This document shows positions 1 to 13,539 of a stretch of 64,000 nt of DNA, in pieces. The position numbers and the translations under genes were made by a program. This stretch comes from Trypethelium eluteriae (Eukaryota), in contig JAVECL010000045.1 of assembly GCA_051942245.1 (NCBI GenBank), positions 1-64,000 of the forward strand, read 5' to 3'. The notes beneath the pieces were generated by a model that saw only the letters and a program-made list of their open reading frames with translations, had not been told where the DNA came from and ran no database searches. The stretch's first letter is position 1; each line of letters starts with the position of its first letter.

Positions 1-342
1 CTGTCCCTCTACCTCTGCCTCTCCCTGTCCCGCTCCTGCTCTGCCTCCGCCCGCCACACTCTCCCCGTCCGCCCTATCCGCGGAGCCAGATTTCCTCCTC
101 TCCACAACCTTCATGACCCTTAGATCTGCATCCTCCAGCCACTGGTCCCTGTACCTCCGTTCGAAAAATCCCCTAATCGTCTCCCCCTTCTTCTTTCCTC
201 CCTCCCCCTCAGCCGTCTCCTCTTTGAATGGGTCCCGGCTTAGCAGCACCCTGTCCTGTCCTGAGTACCAGAACGCAGACAACGCCGTGGCGACGAGGGC
301 GGGAATATCGGATGGGAGGGCGGGATGAAGGGTGAGGGGCAT
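1..342 (-). CDS. Probable GNAT-family N-acetyltransferase, 5' part (runs off window start)
   Basis: Not in the ORF track because no stop lies in the window. ATG at 342 opens MPLTLHPALPSDIPALVATALSAFWYSG...DADLRVMKVVE, open to base 1. The start resembles the typical fungal GNAT N-terminus (L.PA.P.D.P.L....AF). The acetyl-CoA-binding motif is outside the window. Confidence 0.6.
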   Translation of the reverse strand, partial: MPLTLHPALPSDIPALVATALSAFWYSGQDRVLLSRDPFKEETAEGEGGKKKGETIRGFFERRYRDQWLEDADLRVMKVVERRKSGSADRADGESVAGGGRAGAGQGEAEVEGQ

Positions 343-1018
343 AGTGTAGGGTGTAGATTGGGATGGCTCCTACGGGGTCTTGGCTAAGAGAGGATTCTAT
401 ACTGGGAGTATTCCTTGCTCGCAAGTGGCTTGAAGCTCTTATCAATGGACACGAATGATTGAACCTATGGTGGTGGGGCAAGTTGAGAATGGTTTAGACT
501 TCGTTGTAGGGCCGTGAGCGAAGGGAGATGCCGCGGCGAGGAAGGCTGGTTTATACTGCGCAGGTATACGAAGTCTTCATAGCGCTGGGAAGACGCCATA
601 ATAGTCTGACTCATTTCGAAAAAGGCCTTAGGGGGTCGCGTTCGGCTTCGTAATGGCGGCCATTCATGCATGTCTTGCTGTAGCTGCGTTCGCGTTGCGG
701 GGGAGTGGCAGGGGCGAATTCGCAACGCAGATTACTGAACACCTCACTTTTGACGAAGCCTTTCTGAAAGATGTTCATGATTAGGAACAGGTATTAAGTC
801 TATGTACTGTATTTATCTAAGAATGTCCAGGGCAGGTAGGTCAAGAGACTGCTCCACCGCCATTCTATTCTAGCACTTTTTTACGCCCGCTGTGCATGCA
901 AGCATCTCTGCTCTGACTCCAACAAAAAGCTCTTGTCTATTGGCTTTGCCGTACTCTCACTCATGCTCGTAGCTCATCAGAATGCGCAAACAAACTCCAG
1001 GTCATGTTTTCAGCCGTG

Positions 1019-4000
1019 CTAATCCAGCCCGTACTCGGACGCGTCGTGATACACATCGATTATAGCACTCGCCGACCAGGATTGCGTCGGACACTGTCGA
1101 AACCACGTATGTCAGTCATCGTCATCTCGAAAGCCTTGCGCGCCAAGTACTTACCGAGTCTGCACAGAACTCTCCGTCCTTTTGCGTCAGCTCCGTCAGG
1201 CCTGCCCACGGATTCGTCTTCAAGTGATCCACGCAACCGCGTAGCCGCCTGGTCACCTGCTGGAAGCACTCGACCTTCTCCTCCTTCGTCTTGCGTCGCA
1301 TCATGTCGAACTTCATCAACGCACGCAGGAAGAAGCCCCTCGGCCACAACCACTCAGGTCCTTGGTGGTAGTTGCGTCCCTTCGCGGTGTGGAAGTCGGT
1401 GCTGTCCTCCGAGTTGATGTAGTAGCCACGATAGTTGAGGTCGCTAGGGTCAAGCGTCTTCATGCCACACGGGCCGACAAGGACGTGATCAACGATTTCG
1501 AGGGCCTTGAGAGCGTGATCGGGGTCGAAGAGGTCCGGAGCCACGGTCATGGCGACAGGAAAGTTCGGACGAAGTTGATAATCTTCATACTCTTTGCCGG
1601 AGTGGTGAAGATCTTTGTAAATACCTCGGCGGTTGACTATGCGAGAGTTGACGTCGTATTTGGAGTCGTCGGCGGGGTCCAGGGGAATGTAGTAGCAACG
1701 TTCAAAGTTGGCCTTAATCTTCGCTGCCCATTCGCCAAATGTGATCGTGTTCTCGCCATGCTCTAGATCTGAGCTGATGCTAACGCCGGAATACTTGTAC
1801 TGTGCTCGATTATGCAATTCGTCGAGCCATTTGAGCGTACTATAGAGCAAGCCTGTGATCTCCACGGACGCACCATCGCGTGGCGTTCCCGGGACACCTT
1901 TGTTGCCCGCCTTTTCACTTTCGCCCATCTTGTCCATCCACGTACCGCAGTTCCACTGATTGCCGCCGTAGATGATGCCAGTATTCCAGTCGGGATGGAT
2001 CTCTATGTTGAACCCCTCAGACTTCATCTGAGAGTCCAAACTGGGACCAGCGTTGTATTCCCGGAAAGATAGGCCTGATGCATGTCGTTGAATAGCCTCC
2101 TGTATAATGTCCTCCATTGTTGATGCCGTGGAGTATGCACGAGGATCGTCCCACGAGAACCATGTATCATCATATGGCAAGAATCTTCTTTGGACCGTTT
2201 CCTGGAACAGGCCAATACCATTGGGTACAATTTTGACGTAATCTTGGCAGTTCTGGAGGAAAAACCAAATGGAATCACGAGAATTGTAACGGGGAAGACG
2301 ACCCGCATTGAGAAGATTGGGAATCATGCCATGTTTCAGGACACTGGCAAAGGCCAAAATGTGCTCGCGAGCATCTTCGTAGTGCCCAGTGCCAAGGTAT
2401 AAACCCCGCAATGAAATGAATGAATCGCGACCCCAGACTCTGGCCCATTCAGAAGCAAAGTGAGGCAGACCGGCAGCCATGGACGGCACCATTTTCTTGG
2501 GCCAGAGCGATGCATTGTTCATGTGGCCCGTCACTTGGACGCTGACCATGGAGAGACCCTTCAAGAATTTCTGACCATCTCGCACGTTCCGCGCCATGAG
2601 CTCAATACCGCGCTCAAACGCAGCATTGTAAGCTGTCTGGATAGACATGGCAAAGTACCTCGGGAGCAGAAAACTTGGTAACTTTTGGATAGCTGCGAAG
2701 CGCTCCCGCATCCACGACGCTGGCGCTTTTAAATTGGAGTACGCCGGCTTTTGAGCCATTCGCTCGAGTCTTCCGACATTGTAATCTAGAGCCCACGGGC
2801 CATCGCGAAGGTGCTGGCATATTGGATGACCAAGATTGTTGTTACGAACGACGTCTTTGAGAACGCTCCACCAACCTTGGAGACCACAATAGACAAGCGT
2901 GCCATTTCCCGGGATGGTGTACGAGCCGTCTTTGCCATCGCTAGCATCACGCTCTTCAGGTTCGGCTCTGTACAGCACAAAGTTGAGATCTGTGAGGTCA
3001 AGATCCTTAAACGCATCCCGGCCACCACTAGTGACGAATTTATCAAGACCCTCGGAATGCTCCGCACTTGGGATCCATGTCTCAAATAGAGCAATACTGC
3101 CCGGTGGAAATTTCTCAGGGATCGAAATCACGCTGTCGTACCCACTGGTGTTAACCTGAACGTTTCGAAGCTCTCTGGTCCTGCTTGGAAGACCTCTGAG
3201 GTAGCGTTTGTCGTTCATAACGGCAGACTTGCTCTCAGGACTGACATCTACATCAAGCATGTAGCTGCCAACTGGCTTGGCTTTGGTCCCTGGTAGCTTT
3301 ACTGGACCAAAGCCAGCGTTACCGTTGCCGTAACCAGGGAAAGCGGTGTGGGCAATGAGGAAGTACCCTTTCCTTGACTGAGGGTGCACCCGATGGACGG
3401 TAATATACTCGCCTTGATGATCAATGTACGTCTCATCGTATCCATCTTTCCCCATGAGGGTGTGGGTTTGATTGAGCAGCTTCTTGATAGGACCGATACC
3501 ATTTTCACCAGCATGTACCTTGATCGGCGCACCAGTAGAGTACGGTGAGACATAGAGTCTCGTCTCATGGACAAGCTCAATCAACTGGGGATAGATCTCA
3601 TCGTAGCCCATAACGCTTCCAATTGCAGACGAACACATTGCGACCAGGGCAGCATTTGGCAGTGTATCTCGTGCATCACGCTTCTGAGCTGGGACCTCAT
3701 TGTCGTGAGTGCAGTCCATGAAAAGCGCATGCACTGGGCTCTGCTTGATGCGATGGATGACCTCGTTTCTTGTCGGTGCGGTTCCATTCGACGTCCCATT
3801 GACTTGCTGAGTAGCATCCGCGTGGGAAATCTCGTCGACCTCGAAGCTTCCAATTGGCCGACCACTGTGCATATGAACGAGTCGACTGACTTCTTGAGTG
3901 GTCCAGGCCTGCATTGCTTCTCGGATCAAGCAGCTAATGCCGAGTCGCTTAACGAACATGTAGTCCATCTCTTCAGACCCACTGAAAAGCTCTGCAGCAA

Positions 4001-5812
4001 TAGCTAGATTCGGTCTGACTTTCCTTGCCTCATCCAACATATACTCAGCCAGATGAATGGGTGTAGAGTGGCAATTGTCGATGCGAAAAGCCGTAAAGTA
4101 CTTGGCCATCAAACGCGTGTATTTAGCCATGAAGTCCCACAAGAAAGGATTGTCTTGAGGTCCACTTCCATACCGCAGCTTGACACAGTCGCCCCAGACG
4201 ATGACTTCTCTTCGCAAGTACGCACGAGATTGAGGGCCTGCATTATCTCGCATGGCATCGGCAGCCCAGATCCAGCCATTGTTGACAAGGGCAAGACTTC
4301 TCGGATCGTGCTTACTGGTAGTCTCGTTGGCGGGTAGCCGTGTGAAGTAAGACTCAATCAGAGGGTGCTCATCATTGATTGCTCCTAGCTTGGGTCCGTG
4401 GTCGTCGAGGCGCATGTACTTGGTGCGATTGGAGACTTGATCCATGATCACAGCGACGTCGGCGTCATAGTCTCGATAGAATTGCAAGTTGACTTCGTTC
4501 AAGAACTGTTGCATTGTGCCATAGGCAGCGCGTTCATCGGAAGGTCCGTTCGTCCGGGAATCATATCGGCCAAACAAGAGACACAAAAGGCCTGCAGCAA
4601 CTTCAGGTTTGATTAATCGTCGGAATCTCGCTCCCATTCGATCACCGCCAACAAGAGCCTTTTCAATGAGCCAGTCCGCTTTCCTTTTGAGAGGCCAATC
4701 CTTCACTTCATCGACACCACCCAAGCCAACTTTTTTGTATTCGGTGTCGGCAAAAGCCACACGATCTCCCATCCATGCATCCACGGCAGCTCGGCAGTCT
4801 CGGTCCACGTTGATGACATAGTATTCCCAGAGCCGCGTACCGCCAATGCAACGCGTCTTGACGTTCTCCATGATCTTATTCAAGTCCTCCACGCTTCGCA
4901 GAGTAGTAGGAAGACCAAGCTGCTGGAGATCTCTACTCAATTGAAGGAGAGCCGTGTCAAGTTCGTAGGAAGCTTCTAGCCATGGCGCGGTCACGACATT
5001 GTAGCCAGCTTCAGGATGCTCCTCAAGCCATTTGCTGTTATTAGCGGTATGATTCCATACCACATCCGTCAATCCAAGGAGACCGTACTCATTCTCCATT
5101 TTTGATATCATCTCAGCCACATCCTTTTCGCCATTGGGAAAAACGTTCTTGTCAAACTGGTGTTGATCGTAGATGCTGTAAGGAGAATTCGAATCCCCTC
5201 GCATCATCAAAGGCGTGAAGTGCACCATGTTGTATCCCCTCTGTCCGATACCCATCAAGTGCTTCTCCCAATCCGTTGGGTATTTGCCCATGAACTTGGA
5301 TATTACCGAGAAAATGGAGAGTGCTTCGAGTGGCAAGGTTTCGTTCTGTACAGTGAGCTTAGGCATAACATCAATGTAGTGAGTCGGAGTTCGAGTGGGC
5401 TGTGGCGTGGGTACTGGATCTGTTGAAAAGTCGGGTAAGGGGGAATATGTAATGTAATAGCCAAACGAGCCGGCTTGGTGGATTGGGATATCGATTTCGA
5501 TGGTGCGATTGAAGTCCGGCGTTAGCCTGGCAGGCAATGTTTAGCTCCTGTTTACATTAGATCAAGATGTAGAACTTACCTGTACTCGCGGTAGTCGTGC
5601 CTGTCAAATTCTTTCCCTTCAGCCGGAATGTTGACCCAAAGGCTACCTTGTCTGCACATTGAGCTCGCACCCTCAATGGCAAACCTAACACTCCACACCG
5701 GCGTTGTGGGAGGAGGTAGATATATGTAGCTGCCGGGTACATCTGGGGAGCCATCATCGCTCAAAGGTAGCAGGTAAACGGTCGTAGGAGACTGCCTGCT
5801 TGGAGGAGACAT
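1019..5812 (-). CDS. GDB1: Glycogen debranching enzyme (4-alpha-glucanotransferase/amylo-1,6-glucosidase); exons 5812-5580, 5526-1155, 1093-1019
   Basis: Motifs GYNMVHFTP, LTDVVWNHTA, FRIDNCHSTP, DCTHDNE, WGRDSFISLRG, TWMDKMGES, YHQGPEW. Introns 5579-5527 and 1154-1094 (GTAAGT...CAG) keep frame; last exon CPTQSWSASAIIDVYHDASEYGLD*. Confidence 0.97.
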
Positions 5813-6535
5813 CGTGACCAGATTGGAGAGGGTCACGATGGGCTTCTGGAGGATTGGTAGCGAATCCAGGATCGGCGCGGTACTGAAGGGTCCAGCAAAG
5901 CTTTTGCGTGCAATTGAACGAGTGGCGGTGGAATAGTGGTATAAACAACTGGTTGTGAATGCTTCAGGATCTAAGGTGCAGGAGGAAAAAAAAAAAAAGA
6001 GACGCTGCTTGCAAATGAGGATAGTTGAGGAGCTGGAAGATGAGAGGAGAAAAGAGTGCGGTGAAGTAGAATGTCTTGAGGGCTACCGCAGATGGTGAAT
6101 TGCCATGGCAGGTCCGCTGGAATAGCGCAGGCGTTCCTGCAGTGGTTCCACCGTTCTTTACGCTGGATTCCTGGTTAAGGAAAGAAGCACCGAAGCATGG
6201 ATGATCCCCACCGGGACCACAACAGAGCAAGCGGTGAAGTTCCCGCTTCCAACGTCATCCCGCTTTCCCCAGACTTGACACTGTAGATCAGACCAGAAAC
6301 TGCCACCGTGCTGATCAGCTCAATCCTTTCATTGGTAACCTATCCTATCTAAAATTGCAGCTCTTAACCTACAGAACCTCCGGAGTTTCGAACTCATCAA
6401 ATCCATATCTCTATCACCAAATTTCCTCCAACGCCATTTTTCCCCAGCGCTTGTCGCTGTCTACCTGTAAGTGGCTTTGCTTGCCGAGTCATTCGTCGCC
6501 ATCACATCTCAAGAAAAGGAGGCTATGGTCAAAAC

Positions 6536-7895
6536 TCATGCCACACTTGCATCAATGAGTTGCGGAATGTCAGCAGGCCTGTGCTTGCCCTCGAGAATTT
6601 CTGCGAGCAACTGTCAACTCTGTACGAGGTTATTACGAGGCAGTTGACTTACGATAGACCGCCGTGAATAATGGAAATTCATCTTCCATATCTTGCATCT
6701 TTAGAAATGCATTAACGTCGTATGCGGTGCTGGTGCCCTGCAATTTCTGTCCATTGAGTTCCCGTTCCTCAACTTCCCCGATCGGGAGATTCTCCTTCAC
6801 GCTCATCCTTGCGCATCGAAAGTTCCTGCCGCCGCTGCAGCTCGTAATCATGTCTGCAACCCCACAGCTTTCCTGCGTGAATGTCGCGGCTTCGACTTTG
6901 TTTTCAAAGAAGGTCTGCCCAAACTTGACTTCCTCCAGGATGCCAACCCGCATCACGGCTGCCTTGGCATTGTCACCCCATCCAAGACCGTCGACCCAAC
7001 CAGCAGCAAGCGCGACGACATTCTTGAGAGCGCCTCCGAGCGAGACGCCTGCTACGTCTGAGACCATGCGCACATGAAAGTAGGGTCTGTGGAATAGCTT
7101 CTTCACATTTTCGTGACTAAGCGGGGGAAACTCGTTTGGTAGTGCCTGTAGCTTAACTTGTTGCTTTGGCCCTGGACTAGAACTCTGCGTAATCGTGTCT
7201 ATGGGTGACAGCTTTGGCGAGCCATGGGGTGTGGGATGCTGCGAGTCCATGCGCGGAGGGTCATACGCTACTGTTGTCTCCGAAAATTTTTCTTGTGCGA
7301 CTTCATTCGCGATATTGGCCCCTGACAGAGCTCCGCAGTATATCCCTAATTTGAGACCAATGGATTCCGAGAAGAGTTGTATGCCCTTGTCCGAAACGTC
7401 GACTCCCTTTATACATGATATGCCTCGCGCAAACGGGACTATCTTGCCTTTAATACTATCACAAATTTTGCCAATGAATTGATGTGGAAGGTTGAAGATG
7501 AGTATCGTCGAATCTTGTACGGCATTCTCAAGTGAAGAATTCGCAATAACGTTGGTTGGGAGGGGAACGCCAGGTAAATATTTGATGTTTTCGTGGAATT
7601 CATTGATCAGGGTTGTAAGCTTCTGTGGCCCTTGAGACAATGACGATTGCGCATTGTAATGCTTTGAATCTTTTGGCAAGGCCACCTCTTCTTCAAACAC
7701 CCACATCTGTACATCTCGTTGGAAGATACTGGGATGGGCTTGCGTGTTTTCAGCAATGATCTTAGCAATTGCAGAGCCCCTTCAGTGTCGTTAGCTATTG
7801 CGGCACGAATTGCTTGCGGAGTCTCGTGCCTACCAATTGCCAGAGCCAACTACTGTCACTTTGTGTTTCTGGGTCGTTATCCCCAACGTAGCCAT
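6536..7895 (-). CDS. GPD1: NAD-dependent glycerol-3-phosphate dehydrogenase; exons 7895-7834, 7779-6653, 6600-6536
   Basis: [16 protein letters not shown] Rossmann motif across intron 1; [61 protein letters not shown]; spliced end [21 protein letters not shown]. Confidence 0.96.
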
Positions 7896-8675
7896 CGTGG
7901 CTTTTTGAGAAAGGCTTGTAAAGAGGTTTGAAGGGGGGAGAGATAGTGTGGTAAGCCTCAGCGTTGCTCGCAGACTCCGCTTCTGGAGACTATGGTAGAG
8001 GTTCAACTTGGCGCACGTAAAAGACGAGGACTTTGTTGGAAATCGACAGCCGGTCATAAGCTTGGGGACCTCAATGTGGAAACTCCGTTTGTTGTGAAGC
8101 TTCACGCATCTGGTGACAGCAGCAAATCGCGTAAAGCGCTCTTTAAATCTTACGAGCAAGGCGATCACGTTGTGGTTTTGGGATTTCCAAGGTCGGCAAG
8201 GATTGGGTGGAGGTCATAAGGTATTTGCAGGGTTGCCGCCTGGGGGGCCGGGAGCTCCCAAAACAAATACATATAGGGCAGAGTCGGTCGACATCGTCCA
8301 ATCCCGTCGTGGGACGGAGTACCGCATTAAACTGCGGGAAGATGCTGACCATACAATGCTTCTCAACTTCGAGTTTCTTTGCCTTGCGAGCCGCAATCAA
8401 CCTTATTCCAACATCACATTTCCAGCGCTGAGCTCTCAGTTCTGTAAAGCAGAATTGTTCAAGAGAAATGATGTATTATTATGGAGTCCATTAATACGTG
8501 AACCACGCTGTCAATGCCTGCAAGAAAATTTCCAACAAACCCGCTCAAAGCTGCCCATCTACCTATGCGATTTGTTGACGTGTGCAAAAGTCCAGCACCC
8601 TAAAGCAAAGTCTGTCACCCAACCAGACTTTCGCTTGCCAATGATCAACAAGAATCCTGAATGTTTCCCTTTCTC

Positions 8676-9328
8676 TCAGAAAGCAAGTCCGAATACAGCA
8701 AAGAGGCCAGCAGCGAGGGCACCAGTTCCGTACGTCTTGCCCAGGTTAAGAGCAGCCATGGCGGCGGAACTTGTCGCTGCGGCACTAGTACTGCCCGAGG
8801 ACGTGGGGCTTGTTCCGCTAGATCCACCAGAGCCAGTCGCCGTAGGAGTACTAGAGGCGCTTGATGAGGTTGAAAGAGCTGCCGATGCATTCTTGGTACC
8901 ACAGACAGTGTTGCGACAGTTGGTGATGCCCTGCAAGTCGTTGGGGTGAGAATTAACGCAGTCTGCAACATTCTGGGCGCAGATGAAAGACGGAAGAGTA
9001 GAAGCGTAGTCGGAGACGTTGGGATGGGAGCCGTCGGTGCACACGCATTGGTAGGTGAGGCCCATCTGTTTATTTGATTAACATCGCGAAGATTTTCTGT
9101 CATAGGTGCCGTTTTTTTTGTTTTGTTTTTTAGAGGTTGACTCACTGGGTCACAGGTATTTGGGCTGGCGGAACCACCGCAGATCATCGGACAATTTGAG
9201 ACCTGGGCGCGGCACCATTGTTGACGCTCTGTCGAGTTGACCTCAACGGGGTTGGTAAGGGAGATGTTCTGAGCTGCGACCAAGCTACTGAAGGTGGCTG
9301 CGATGACAAGAGCAATCGAGTAATACAT
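8676..9328 (-). CDS. Secreted, probably GPI-anchored Cys-rich cell-surface protein; exons 9328-9146, 9065-8676
   Basis: Signal peptide MYYSIALVIAATFSSLVAA; 10-Cys domain; Ser/Thr-rich stalk; hydrophobic C-terminal tail GALAAGLFAVFGLAF; GTGAGT...CAG intron 9145-9066. Confidence 0.88.
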
Positions 9329-10570
9329 CTTGATGGATATGTTGATGATTGTGCCTGCATAGGACCTCAGATTAGTGTATGTCGCAGACGAGTGCAGCCG
9401 GCCAAAGACAGCGGCACAGTGACCGGAAATTACGATGATCAGGCTTACTTGGACAGGAAGCTTCTGCAAAAGAAGTTTGCGAAATTAAGCTCACACCCGA
9501 TAGCAGAATTACTACTGAGACGAGGACGGGGCGAGGCAACTTCAGAAGATTGACAGAACGAAGAAGGAGGAAGAAGAGAAACAAGGAGTGGAAGCGCGAA
9601 GGATTTATGCGTGCAACAGGGCCGGGCAGTCGTCCGGTGCAGCTTAGTTACGCGGCTCCTGGTAGAGTTAGCGTAATCGACCGGCTAGCCGTTGCCGTTT
9701 CGTGATCCAAAGGCAAGGTGGGCAAGGTCTTATGCATGCTGTGCCTGCCCAGACTGGCTAGAATTAAACACTCTCTCTCGTTTCACCTTGCTGTCGTCGG
9801 AGGCCTCAATCCTACGCATCCAACACCTCTTCAGCGCTGCGCCCTCGCCCCCAATTTTCGTAGTCAAGGTGCTCAAGTGAGAGGCGAAGACCCCAGTCCA
9901 ACCATCACAGTGCCTCCGTGCGTATTAGCTCGAGTCGGAAATTATGCGCATTTCGCGCTGGACGGATCGCCTCGAAATGCTGGCAGATAAGCCGAGGAAG
10001 CAATCTCGGCCAATCAATCCTCATATACTTTCAGCACGGTTTCATGTCTTAACATATCCTAGGCCGCCAACAACACAGATATGTCCCGCCGGTCATTCAG
10101 GATTGTGTATCATTCCTTGCCGAGTGGTACATATTGAAGGAAATTGTCCGTCGTGGCTAGAGGTAATTCTTACTTGGCTAACATTGCTGCGGTTCAACAC
10201 CTAGGCGCTCGAAAGTGTCCTTGATTGAGCATTCCTTGCATAGGTCTTCTAAACCCCTGTCTTAAATAAGCTTCAACAGACTCAACCTCGTTCATCATAA
10301 TACACACTATCACGTTGATCTACGATTAGATACCTCCGCATGGAGTATGGAATACAAAGGCCTCGTTTCCGAAAGAGTGGGTCCTTGCTGAATCCCTCGA
10401 TTGACTCACGCTTCACAACGTTTGTATACAGCTAAAAGCGAATGCTCTCTTTTGACAACACGTGTTTGCGCAATAACGTATATCTCTACTGGACGTTATT
10501 GACGAGGCGCAGACAGCAGTCAATTCCAGTCTCAAAATCCAACCCTAGTCTTCTACCCTCGTATCACATA

Positions 10571-12236
10571 TTATAACGTGTACAAGAAGTCGGGCCTATG
10601 GGGAGGAATCAGCTTGTAAAATAAATGCTGGAATTGGGTCTTTACCTCTGATCCCCAAGCATCTCAATTTCTTCCTCAGACTTGCCTTCAATCCAATTGT
10701 CTCTCTTGCCACTCCTTCTCTTACTGTTTTCCGCTCGGAGAAGTAAATGGGTAACTATGCTACCACCGAGCAACGCCACAGCGAGATAGCCTAATACAAC
10801 TCCATGGCCCGCATAGTAACGAGGCTTCTGGCGGGTGAGGTAACTAAAATGGTCAGTCATACATTCTTGAGATGGTTGCGGGTGATTTACATGTTACTAC
10901 TCACGACGCCGTTCAAATTTCCCCATCCGATGGCAAATCCCAGCGTTACTCCACGTTTGTACACACCTTCGACATTGTTACTTGCCCAGGCTATGGTATT
11001 GGGAATACATGGATAAATTCCGATCGCTCCTAGGAATGTCCCCGCATACTGTACACCAGGATGTTTAGATCCGAGGAGCATCCCAAATCCAGCAATGCCC
11101 AGGAAAGAGGTTGCAATGTTAGAAAGTCCTCGTCGCTTAGTCCTGTCAGCGTACCAGCCAACAGCTACAGTCAAGACCGCTGCAGCGGCATAGGGGGGAA
11201 CCGAAAGCAGATTTGCAGTGATCCCGTCATAGCCAAGACCAGCAATGATTGTAGGAAGGAAGAGCGAGAATGCGTACAGAGGCATATCGGCGCCCATGTA
11301 TATGATTGCGAAAGCCCAAGTCTTCCAGTCCATCACACTAGCCCAGAAATACTTCATTTTGAAGTCTTCATGCTCCGCGCTTGACTGCCGATCAGCTTTC
11401 AGACGACGAATTACTCTGGCTCGATCATCATTGGAAAGGAAGCGAGCTTCGTCTGGGAAATCGAAAACCATCCAGTAGGAGACGATAGCTATGATTACAG
11501 TGGCCAGGCCCTCAAGTATGAAAATCCAGGCCCAACCCGGTTTACCTCCAATGCCATCCATCAACGAAATTGCAGCGGCGAGCAAACCGCCGAAGGACCC
11601 TGCCAGAGCAGCTGCAGAGAAGAAAACGGCGGCGCGAAGGCCAAATTCAGATCGTCTATACCAGCAGCTCAAATAGTAGTTGACCCCAGGGAATAAACCA
11701 GCTTCTGCTACTCCAAGGAACCAGCGAGCCGCAGCCAGTCCCGAAAAGTCATGTATCAGCCCCATTGTAACCATTACAATCCCCCAAACAAGCATAATCG
11801 CTGGGATGAAGATGCTTGGGCGCAATCTTTTGAGGAGGACATTGGTCAAGGGCTCGAGAAGTGAGTATGACACGAAGAACAACGACAACGCTGCATTGTA
11901 CTGGCCCGGCGTCATCAGATTCGACAATCCCTCCACCTTCGCATTGCCAATGTTCGTCCGATCGAGGAAGGATATAAGGTAGAGGAAGGAAAGCCAGGGG
12001 ATGAGTCGGATGTCCAATCTACGGAGTAATTTCTTATCCTAAATATGGGCTGCATCAGTCATCAGTTTACTTGACTGGCCACGGAATGTACCCACTATTG
12101 CGGCTTTCTCAGCCTCACTGAGATGCGCATCTGGATCTGGAGGCAAGTCATCCAGAGCGACATTCTCTAATCGGCCGTTCTCAACGCCAAGCTTTTTCTC
12201 CTCGGAGGAGGGACTCTCGTCATCGCCGCGACTCAT
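10571..12236 (-). CDS. MFS transporter, anion:cation symporter (Dal5/Tna1-like) family; exons 12236-12096, 12038-10891, 10843-10646, 10595-10571
   Basis: KLLRRLDIRLIP, FLDRTNIGNAK, GVAEAGLFPG, WAWIFILEG, NLLSVPPY, and terminal LGDQRPDFLYTL*, all typical of the family; three canonical introns. Confidence 0.93.
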
Positions 12237-12940
12237 CTCGCCGAATCTTTCGGATCGAATGTCGATCTAACAGTGGCAAGCACAGGAGAGGATTCACAAG
12301 TGGAAAAGAGAAGGGGGAAGCATTGCGACGCAAAGAATGACGGGACATGCCTGGCTTATGGCTGAGAGATCCCAGTGCGAGGTCTACTGGCGGTCCGGCA
12401 TTTGGCCGTGGGCAGATAAAAAAGCACCGAGGACATCGCAGGCATCACCGGTATGATGACGGCTTCATGCGGGGACGGGCAGAATGGACGCGCACAAAGC
12501 TTCCCAGAGCTTCTCATTGGCAACCGCCCCAGGCTCTTCCCGTCCCTTGTGGCGGTCTAGCCGGTTGGTGTTGTGCAACAACTGCGGGGAGGGGATACAT
12601 ATCGGCGCCGAGATCGAGAGGTACCCTTAGCGCGATTGACATTACATGGAAACGGCAACTCTTCCATTGCGCAGCACTGCCGCTTCGGTACCATAAACGT
12701 TACCTCGCGCCAAAAGAGCTCTGATTGGCAATTTGATTTTACACCACGTGGGCCTGGCTTCCTAGAGTTCCTTTCAATATCCTGTAAGTCTGGTGACGTC
12801 AAAGCTAACTAGCGAGTAAAAGGAGCTTATGTATCAGTACGAGCAACTCTGGACTCAGTTCCTGGGACATCGTCAACAAATAAGCGGAAAGAAAAGGAAA
12901 GGAGATATCGTCGTTTCGCATCATAACGAGATCGAAAGGC

Positions 12941-13411
12941 ATGTCCACGAATCTAGTTTTTCACACCCTGCCTTCCGATCTCCCATCCCTTCCCGCAGAC
13001 TACACCCTCCTCACCACCGTCCCCACCCCCCAGACCTACATGCACCTCCGTTCCGTCACGGGCATGTCCCCAAGATCCCACGCTGGTGCTCTCGTCGGCC
13101 TCCCCAATTCCCTCCACGCAGCACAAATCCAGCACATCCCTTCCGCCGCCATCGTCGGCATGGGTCGAATCATTGGCGATAGCGGGCTCTTCTACCAGAT
13201 CGTGGATATTGGAGTGGAACCAGCGCATCAGGGGCAGGGGCTGGCCAAGGCGATCATGGGAGAGCTGATGCGGTGGATAGAGGCGACGGGGAAGGATGGC
13301 GGATACGTGAGTCTGATAGCGGATGGTGAGGCGAAGAGGTTGTACAAGATTTTTGGATTTGAAGAGACAGCCCCGGCTAGTGTAGGAATGTATTATCGGG
13401 TGAGAAAATAA
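12941..13411 (+). CDS. Small GNAT-family N-acetyltransferase (intronless)
   Basis: VGMGRIIGD, motif A DIGVEPAHQGQGLAKAIM, motif B LYKIFGF. Confidence 0.9.
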   Translation: MSTNLVFHTLPSDLPSLPADYTLLTTVPTPQTYMHLRSVTGMSPRSHAGALVGLPNSLHAAQIQHIPSAAIVGMGRIIGDSGLFYQIVDIGVEPAHQGQGLAKAIMGELMRWIEATGKDGGYVSLIADGEAKRLYKIFGFEETAPASVGMYYRVRK

Positions 13412-13539
13412 AGATGATGCGGGTTAGAAAAGCTACCTAGGTAGGTTTGAGGCAGTCGTTCAGGCATCCTATTTTGCAGAAGAGGGTTCAGAAAGACTTG
13501 GTGTTACGATGCAAGTGAGTCTGACAATGTCGTGTTCTC

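Noticed and set aside
5986..5998. A13 homopolymer upstream of GDB1
   Set aside because: Ordinary promoter/UTR poly(dA:dT) tract; no retroelement context.
7130..7265. Ser/Pro-rich insertion in GPD1 ([17 protein letters not shown]...)
   Set aside because: Comparable insertions are, to my knowledge, usual in filamentous-ascomycete GPD1 proteins; not novel.
8113..8949. 278-aa + strand ORF
   Set aside because: Non-ATG start; antisense shadow of the GPI-protein gene plus GPD1 upstream DNA; no protein-like features.
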